Assembly: GCA_963663475.2 (NCBI GenBank)
Contig: CAXXJV010000001.1
Coordinates: 1,664,001 to 1,728,000 of the forward strand
Source: Candidatus Cloacimonadales bacterium
Lineage (GTDB): Bacteria; Cloacimonadota; Cloacimonadia; Cloacimonadales; JAFGVF01
DNA: 64,000 bases
Reading direction: 5' to 3'
The first letter of the stretch is position 1; each line of letters begins with the position of its first letter. Position numbers and translations under genes: made by a program. The notes below the pieces were generated by a model. The model saw only the letters and a list, made by a program, of their open reading frames with translations. It was not told where the DNA came from and made no database searches. Of this stretch, positions 57,785 through 64,000 are shown piece after piece.

Positions 57785-57935
57785 ACTGGACTTCCTCAGC
57801 CCTAGGCTAGTGGCTTCGGACCTAGAAGTCTCAACTTCGTCAGCAAAATACTAGACTGTAGTTCCTCAGCCCTAGGCTAGGGACTTCGGACCTAGTAAAT
57901 AGTCGGAAGTCGCTACTTCGTAAGCAAGTCCCGTC
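57775..57935. repeat. 70-bp-period duplicated element, inverse of 37166-37245
   Basis: AAAATACTAGACTG...TTCCTCAGCCCTAGGCTAG...CTTCGGACCTAG at 57775 and 57845. Confidence 0.85.
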
Positions 57936-57962
57936 TGGACCCATCCTGATAGCTTCCTTAGA

Positions 57963-58021
57963 CCTTCCTTTACAGTCTTTCGATGAAACACGGACTTTCA
58001 TCGAAAGACTGTAAAGGAAGG
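57963..58021. repeat. Perfect 26-bp-arm hairpin, same family as 38878-38962
   Basis: CCTTCCTTTACAGTCTTTCGATGAAA-CACGGAC-exact inverse. Confidence 0.9.
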
Positions 58022-58145
58022 ATCATGAAAGGATAGGGTAAAATTACATTTGAAAAACAAATTCTTATTGACATGATTAAGGCAATACTTTTCATAACCT
58101 AAATAAGTTTGATTTCTTTAAGAAGAAAGGGAGTTCAATAAAACA

Positions 58146-59384
58146 ATGAATTTAGCAGTAGATTTACATTCTCATTCAGGATATGCTGGTGGTGTAGGAA
58201 CAATAACTTTAGAAGATGTCTCCACCACTATGAAGAAGAAAGGTATAGATGTTTTTGGTACTGGTGATATCCTACTGCCACAGAGATTTACACAACTAGA
58301 GAAGTCTCTTATTGATAATGGTAACGGCTTATTTAAATTAAGCAAAGATGATAGTTCTTTATTTCTATTACAAACAGAAGTTATCTTTACTGTTAAACTG
58401 CAAGGTTACAAAAATAAAATAATTGCCCATCATATTATTCTCTTTCCTGATTTTAAATCTGTGAAACTATGTGCAAAATTAATGGATAAGTGGGGACAAA
58501 AAAATACTATTGGAAGACCTTTCATTGTTTCTGAAAATAGGCAAGAGATGATTGGAAGAATGGAAGAAATAATTGCTATTCACCCTGAAATTGAGATTAT
58601 TCCTGCCCATATTATGACACCTGATGGGGTAATGGGCTGTAAGAATATGCTTCAAGATATTGAAGAGTTTTATGGTTCTTTTTTGCCCAATATCCATGCA
58701 GTTGAAACAGGTTTAAGTGCAGACCCTGAGCTTCTCCAACAAATTCCTAAAATCTCAGACCTAACATTCATCTCTAATAGTGACTGTCATAGTGCTGCTT
58801 ATAACCGAATTGGTAGAGAATTCACTATTCTTTCACTTGACCATATTTCCTATTCTGAAATTATCAGAGCTATAAGAGAAAATAAGCTGGTTTTAACAGC
58901 TGAATTTAATCCTGCTGAAGGACGATATTATAAGACAGGCCATGCTAGTAAGAGGCATACTAATAAAGAAGAATTTATTATTGAACCCTTGGGAGCTAAA
59001 GACCTTATCTGTCCAATTTGTAATAAAAAAATGACCCTTGGTGTTTATGATAGAGTTAAACAATTAAGAGATCCGAATATTATTCCACGAAAAAGAAAAT
59101 ATATCCACTTAATTCCCTTAGTTGAAGTCATAGCAAATTCCTTGCAACTTAAGAGTCTAACATCAAATAAAGTAATTAAAATTTATGAAGAAATTATTAG
59201 ACACTTTTGCACTGAAATTAGATTATGGTTAACAGATAGAAATGAAATAGTTCAAGGCCTAGCAAGTAAGATACCAGACCAAACAATAGCTGCAATAATA
59301 GCTGTCAAAGAAGGTAAATTTGACTTTTCACCAGCTGGCTTTGATGGTGAATATGGTAAATTAATAATAAATAAAAATAACTAA
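58146..59384 (+). CDS. PHP-domain endonuclease Q family protein
   Basis: DLHSHS, GTGD, PAH, ETGLSAD, NSDCHS, IGRE, CPIC, GFDGEYG. Confidence 0.85.
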   Translation: MNLAVDLHSHSGYAGGVGTITLEDVSTTMKKKGIDVFGTGDILLPQRFTQLEKSLIDNGNGLFKLSKDDSSLFLLQTEVIFTVKLQGYKNKIIAHHIILFPDFKSVKLCAKLMDKWGQKNTIGRPFIVSENRQEMIGRMEEIIAIHPEIEIIPAHIMTPDGVMGCKNMLQDIEEFYGSFLPNIHAVETGLSADPELLQQIPKISDLTFISNSDCHSAAYNRIGREFTILSLDHISYSEIIRAIRENKLVLTAEFNPAEGRYYKTGHASKRHTNKEEFIIEPLGAKDLICPICNKKMTLGVYDRVKQLRDPNIIPRKRKYIHLIPLVEVIANSLQLKSLTSNKVIKIYEEIIRHFCTEIRLWLTDRNEIVQGLASKIPDQTIAAIIAVKEGKFDFSPAGFDGEYGKLIINKNN

Positions 59385-59413
59385 TTAATAGAATTGTACT
59401 TATGGAGGTACAC

Positions 59414-60658
59414 ATGGAAATCCGAGAATTTATACCTAAAAGATTTGAAAATTTAGCTCAACAATTAAATGATAATGAAGCAGTGATTCTCTTTAGTAAT
59501 GATCCTGCTCATGGTGTTAACCGTTTTGAACAAGATAAAAACTTTCTCTATTTTACAGGCCTTGAGATTCCTAATGCTAGATTATTAGCTACGAAAACAG
59601 GCGGCAAATTAAACACAAGCCTCTTTATCGAAAGAAACATTCCAGAAAGAATTGTTTGGGATGGAGCAAAAATGTATCCTAAGGAAGCATGGGAGATTTC
59701 TACCATCAAAAATATTCAGTTTACTGACCAATTTGATGCTAATATAAGTAATAGTCTTGCCTTCTCAAACATTAAAAAAGTCTATCTTAACTTTAATGTT
59801 GGTAATGTAAATAATCCTCTTGATAATAGACTTCATTTTGCTAATGAACTAAAAAGGACCAATCCTCAAATAACAGTAGAAAACTTCATTGATATCGTTA
59901 GACCTCTCAGAGAAATCAAAGATGAATTTGAACTTGAACAAATGCAAAAAGCAATAGATATTACTGGTGAAGGTCTAGATGTAATCTTTAATTTTGCTGA
60001 AGCAGGTATGTTTGAATTTGAATTAGAAGCCATGCTTTACAATGAAATGCTTTCCAATGGCTTCAGATTCTGGGGCTTTACTCCTATTATCGCTAATGGT
60101 AAGAATGCTGCTACCCTTCACTATATTGATAATGATACTGAAATCGCTGAAGATGCTATGGTTCTCTGTGATGTAGGTGCTTCTTGTTATGGCTATTCTG
60201 CTGATATTACTAGAACTTTCCCTATTGGCGAGAAATTTACCCCAAGAGCTAAAGAAGTTTATCAAGCAGTCTTAGATATCCAAAAAGAAATTATCTCAAT
60301 GATAAAACCTGGTGTTACTATGATTCAATTAAATGAAAAAACTAATGAACTTATTACCAAAGCCTGCCATAAATTGGGCTTAATCAAAGAAGATAATGAA
60401 TTCAGAAAATACTATATGCACTCTATTGGTCATCATCTTGGACTTGATACTCATGATGTAGGTACTAGAACATCTACTCTTAAAGCGGGTATGGTTATTA
60501 CTGTTGAACCAGGTCTTTATATAGCAGATGAATCCATCGGTGTTAGAATTGAAGATGATATTTTGGTAACTGAAGACGGACATAAAGTCTTATCTGAATC
60601 TATACCAAAAGAAGTTGAAGAATTAGAAACTATAAGAAAGGCTGCTCTTAATCGATGA
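59414..60658 (+). CDS. pepP: Xaa-Pro aminopeptidase
   Basis: DVG..Y.ADITRT, HSIGHHLGLDTHD, TVEPG, VRIEDD; ATG 59414 behind GGAGGT. Confidence 0.93.
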   Translation: MEIREFIPKRFENLAQQLNDNEAVILFSNDPAHGVNRFEQDKNFLYFTGLEIPNARLLATKTGGKLNTSLFIERNIPERIVWDGAKMYPKEAWEISTIKNIQFTDQFDANISNSLAFSNIKKVYLNFNVGNVNNPLDNRLHFANELKRTNPQITVENFIDIVRPLREIKDEFELEQMQKAIDITGEGLDVIFNFAEAGMFEFELEAMLYNEMLSNGFRFWGFTPIIANGKNAATLHYIDNDTEIAEDAMVLCDVGASCYGYSADITRTFPIGEKFTPRAKEVYQAVLDIQKEIISMIKPGVTMIQLNEKTNELITKACHKLGLIKEDNEFRKYYMHSIGHHLGLDTHDVGTRTSTLKAGMVITVEPGLYIADESIGVRIEDDILVTEDGHKVLSESIPKEVEELETIRKAALNR

Positions 60659-61140
60659 TCAGAAAAAAAATAGCTATTTACCCTGGTACCTTTGACCCTA
60701 TTACCTTGGGTCATATTAATATTGTTCAAAAAGCTTCTGAAATGTTTGACGAAGTTGTAATGGCAATTGCCAAGGATAACTATAAAGAAACTTTTTTCTC
60801 CTTAGAAGAAAGAACAAGACTTTGCCAAGAAGCTTTAAAAGATATTCCCAACGCCAGGGCTGAATCTTTTGAAGGCTTGGTAGTTGATTTTGCCAAAAAA
60901 CTTGGTACAAATATTATGATTAGAGGCTTAAGAGCTGTATCAGATTTTGAATATGAACTGCAATTAGCCTTGATGAATAAAAAACTAAGCAATGAAATAG
61001 AAACAATCTTTCTAGTTCCTCGCTTTGATTATTTATATTTATCCTCAAGTATGGTTAGAAATATTGCTTCGGTTGGGGGAGATGTGGAAACACTTGTTCC
61101 TCCTTGCGTGGCAGAAGTTTTAAGAAAAAAGGTTAAATAA
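60655..61140 (+). CDS. coaD: Phosphopantetheine adenylyltransferase
   Basis: YPGTFDPITLGH, RGLRAVSDFEYE, SSSMV. Confidence 0.97.
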   Translation: MIRKKIAIYPGTFDPITLGHINIVQKASEMFDEVVMAIAKDNYKETFFSLEERTRLCQEALKDIPNARAESFEGLVVDFAKKLGTNIMIRGLRAVSDFEYELQLALMNKKLSNEIETIFLVPRFDYLYLSSSMVRNIASVGGDVETLVPPCVAEVLRKKVK

Positions 61141-62486
61141 TGAGTCAGACAAGTGACAGAATACTACCTTATGATGTAAATGCTGAAGCTGCAGTGTTAA
61201 GTGCTATGATGCTAGATAATGTTGCAGCTTCAACTGCTATCTCTGAATTAGAAGATAAATACTTCTACCGAACTGCCCATAAGCTGATTTTTCAGACTAT
61301 GAAAGATCTCTATCGAGACAGCATAGAAATTGATTTGGTTACACTTTCAGCAAGACTTCAACCTAATAATATGATTGAAAAAGTTGGTGGCTCAGATTAC
61401 TTAAATAAAATATCTGACTTTGTCTTATCAACTGCTAACCTCTCATATCACCTTAAGTTAGTTAAAGAAAAAGCTCTTTTAAGAGAACTAATTGTTACTT
61501 CTAATAATATTATCGAAAAGTGCTATACTGCTGAAGAAGATGTTGAAGAAATCGTCGATAATGCTGAACAAATGATTTATAATGTTACTAACAAAAGATC
61601 AGGTTCCTATTTCAAAGATATAGCTTCTATTATGGGGGAAACACTTGAGAATATCAATGAAGTAGCCACCTCTCATACTTCTGTTATAGGTGTCTCCACT
61701 GGCTTTACTGATCTAGATAGAAAAACTGGTGGCTTTAAGTCTGGTCAGTTAATTATCCTAGCTGCTCGACCAGCAATGGGTAAAACAGCTTTAGCCCTTA
61801 ATATCGCCTTTAATGCAATTACTCATCATAATAAAAAAGTAGCTATTTTTACAATGGAGATGGAAGGCGATGAGTTGCTTAAAAGAATGCTATCAGCTGC
61901 CTCAGAAGTACCAATGGATGCTATTCTAAAAGGTTTCGGTATGACTGATGACAAGATGCTCAGAATTACCAACTATGGCATGATGTTATCAGAAAAGAAA
62001 CTCTATATAGATGATACTGGTACCAACTCTCCTTTAGATATTAGAGCTAAACTACGTAGACTTAAAGCTGAGGCTAAAGGTCTTGATTTAGTTCTAATAG
62101 ATTACCTTCAACTTATGTCTTCACAAAGATTTAAAGATAATAGACAACAAGAAATTGCTGAAATTTCTCGTTCTTTGAAAATTCTTGCTAAAGAACTTGA
62201 AGTACCTGTTATAGCCCTTTCTCAGCTAAATCGTGGCCTTGAATCTCGTACAGATAAAAGACCTCAACTATCTGACTTAAGAGAATCTGGAGCTATTGAA
62301 CAGGATGCTGATATGGTTATGTTTATTTATCGAGATGAGTATTATAATGAAGATTCAGCTGAAAAGGGAATTGCCGAAGTTATTATTGGCAAAAATAGAC
62401 ATGGTGCTGTTGGAACCTCAAAACTTCTCTTCATCCCACATTTAACTGCTTTTAGAAACTTAGAACGTAATCCTACAGAAGTATAA
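61140..62486 (+). CDS. dnaB: Replicative DNA helicase
   Basis: AARPAMGKT, IDYLQL, SQLNR, LSDLRESGAIEQDAD, KNRHG. Confidence 0.98.
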   Translation: MSQTSDRILPYDVNAEAAVLSAMMLDNVAASTAISELEDKYFYRTAHKLIFQTMKDLYRDSIEIDLVTLSARLQPNNMIEKVGGSDYLNKISDFVLSTANLSYHLKLVKEKALLRELIVTSNNIIEKCYTAEEDVEEIVDNAEQMIYNVTNKRSGSYFKDIASIMGETLENINEVATSHTSVIGVSTGFTDLDRKTGGFKSGQLIILAARPAMGKTALALNIAFNAITHHNKKVAIFTMEMEGDELLKRMLSAASEVPMDAILKGFGMTDDKMLRITNYGMMLSEKKLYIDDTGTNSPLDIRAKLRRLKAEAKGLDLVLIDYLQLMSSQRFKDNRQQEIAEISRSLKILAKELEVPVIALSQLNRGLESRTDKRPQLSDLRESGAIEQDADMVMFIYRDEYYNEDSAEKGIAEVIIGKNRHGAVGTSKLLFIPHLTAFRNLERNPTEV

Positions 62487-62487
62487 T

Positions 62488-63228
62488 ATGAATCCTCTTG
62501 CTAAACTTGGTTCTTTTATAATATTTAATGGTAAGATTGCTAAAGAACTTCCTTTTTTATTTAAAAGAAGATACTATTTCTTAAGGATTTGTAAGAAAAT
62601 AGGATTAGATTCACTTTGGTTAATTATTATAACTTCTATCTTTACAGGCTTTGTTACTGCCTTGCAAGCTATCTATCAAACTAAAGGGAGAATACCTCTT
62701 TCTTATCTGGGAGTCCTAGTAGAGAAGTCTGTTGTTATTGAATTAGCTCCAGTTCTCACCGCCTTAGTTTTAACTGGTAAAATAGGAGCTGCTTTAGCTG
62801 CAGAAATTGGAACAATGAAGGTAACAGAACAAGTTGACGCTTTAGAATCAATGGCTGTTTCGCCCTACAACTTCATCTATATGCCTAGAGTCATGGCAGG
62901 AGCTATTATGGTTCCTATCCTTACCATATTTTCCATGTTGGTAGGAATTATGTCAGGCTATGTTTTCTCAGTGATGAAGTATAAAATATCCTTCTATACC
63001 TTCTTTTCTAATATGCAGAACTATTTTTCTATGAGTGATATATATGGTGGTTTGATTAAAGCTCTAGCTTTTGGTATAACTATTACAGCAATTGCTTGTT
63101 ATGAAGGTGATAAAACTGGAAATGGCTCTGAAGGTGTGGGTATTTCAACTACAAATACAGTTGTCTATTCTTCAATCATGATCCTAGTCTTAGACTTCTT
63201 CGTAGCTTGGATTCTCTTTGGATTATAA
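62488..63228 (+). CDS. mlaE: MlaE-family ABC transporter permease
   Basis: ELAPVLTA, AEIGTMKVTEQVDAL, PR, GVG. Confidence 0.93.
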   Translation: MNPLAKLGSFIIFNGKIAKELPFLFKRRYYFLRICKKIGLDSLWLIIITSIFTGFVTALQAIYQTKGRIPLSYLGVLVEKSVVIELAPVLTALVLTGKIGAALAAEIGTMKVTEQVDALESMAVSPYNFIYMPRVMAGAIMVPILTIFSMLVGIMSGYVFSVMKYKISFYTFFSNMQNYFSMSDIYGGLIKALAFGITITAIACYEGDKTGNGSEGVGISTTNTVVYSSIMILVLDFFVAWILFGL

Positions 63229-63232
63229 ATAT

Positions 63233-64000
63233 ATGAAAAAACTCTTATTACTCCTACTTTTAATTGTATCTCTTTGCCTGGCTTGCCAGAAAAGCAAAGA
63301 AGAAAATAAACTTACTCAAGAAGTAGATCTTATCAAAGAAGTTGTTGCTGATAGCCTCTATGTTCTAGCTACTGATGACTTCTTTAACTTATCTCTAACT
63401 GATTCTCTTTCCCAAAGATTTATGGATGAAAGCCAAACTAAGCTAATCTGGGAAAATGGGGGAGATAAAAAGGAAATTATTGATAGATTAGCTGAAAGTA
63501 ATTTCCAAAACTATCCTGATTTAATTTTAGGACTATCCAATGTATTCCTCACTGAACTTGATTCTTTGGATATCTTTCTAGAACTTCCAGATATTTTCTT
63601 TTCCAATGTTAGATCAAATAATAATTTCGATAAACAAAGACGATTTCTGCCTTATCAGTATTCTTATCTTGCTCTTATAAAAAAAACTAGTGATAAAAGC
63701 TCACTACCTACTAGCTTTGGTGTCATGCAAAAAGAAGAATATTTTGATAAAATTATTATTTCTGATGCCATTTCTACTGAAATAGGTAGAGCTTTATTTA
63801 ATAATATTGAAGGTATTTTTAAGTTTCATGGTTATGCAGCCTGTTGGAATAGAATCAAAGGAGCACTATATAGAATAACTGATACTGAAGAAGAAGCTTT
63901 TGACTTATTCTGGGATAATGATGATAAGTATATCTTCCAAGTTGTTACAAAAGTTATTGAAGGCTATGAAGCAGGATATAGTCCTACCATGGCTTTTACC
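63233..64000 (+). CDS. ABC substrate-binding lipoprotein (ThiB/TbpA-like, divergent), 3'-truncated
   Basis: MKKLLLLLLLIVSLCLAC lipobox; PDLILGLSN, RFLPYQYSYLA, IIISD...G; frame open to window end. Confidence 0.6.
   Translation, partial: MKKLLLLLLLIVSLCLACQKSKEENKLTQEVDLIKEVVADSLYVLATDDFFNLSLTDSLSQRFMDESQTKLIWENGGDKKEIIDRLAESNFQNYPDLILGLSNVFLTELDSLDIFLELPDIFFSNVRSNNNFDKQRRFLPYQYSYLALIKKTSDKSSLPTSFGVMQKEEYFDKIIISDAISTEIGRALFNNIEGIFKFHGYAACWNRIKGALYRITDTEEEAFDLFWDNDDKYIFQVVTKVIEGYEAGYSPTMAFT

Noticed and set aside
203-60992. Numerous 60-120-aa ORFs nested in or antisense to long genes
   Set aside because: Shadow ORFs of well-supported CDSs with no motifs or RBS.
61140-62486. Intein in DnaB
   Set aside because: Normal 448-aa length with contiguous helicase motifs.

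Overview
AT-rich bacterial chromosomal window. Four secreted proteins ending in a NYPNPFNP...KMILxK (FlgD-Ig/T9SS-type-A-like) sorting domain suggest an FCB-group organism such as Cloacimonadota (inference). 1-23.4 kb is an accessory/defence island: an AlbA/RecG-C-like gene, a type I R-M operon with an RxxxxH (HEPN-like) gene between hsdS and hsdR, an RloC-like ABC-ATPase/HEPN, a second HEPN-like gene, an integrase remnant, a 1645-aa adhesin-like protein, an MNT-HEPN TA pair and many gene relics, with a degenerate tRNA-Arg(CCT) 3' fragment at 19326-19370 as a probable att site. 25-37 kb holds the most striking signal: two modules of a TPR/helical-repeat sigma54 activator divergent from UAS + GG-N10-GC promoter + ~66-aa small ORF + large secreted CTD protein; a related small ORF also precedes the 1645-aa protein. 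37-39 kb is a cluster of palindromic repeats including a DUF559 nuclease pseudogene flanked by 57-bp inverted repeats. A TA-flanked ERIC-like MITE occurs five times. 39-64 kb is core genome (pyk, coaE, folP, exbBD, add, infC-rpmI-rplT-pheST-zapA-6S RNA-rny-ymdB-folD, pepP, coaD, dnaB, mlaE). All family assignments are by motif recognition; no database search was run.
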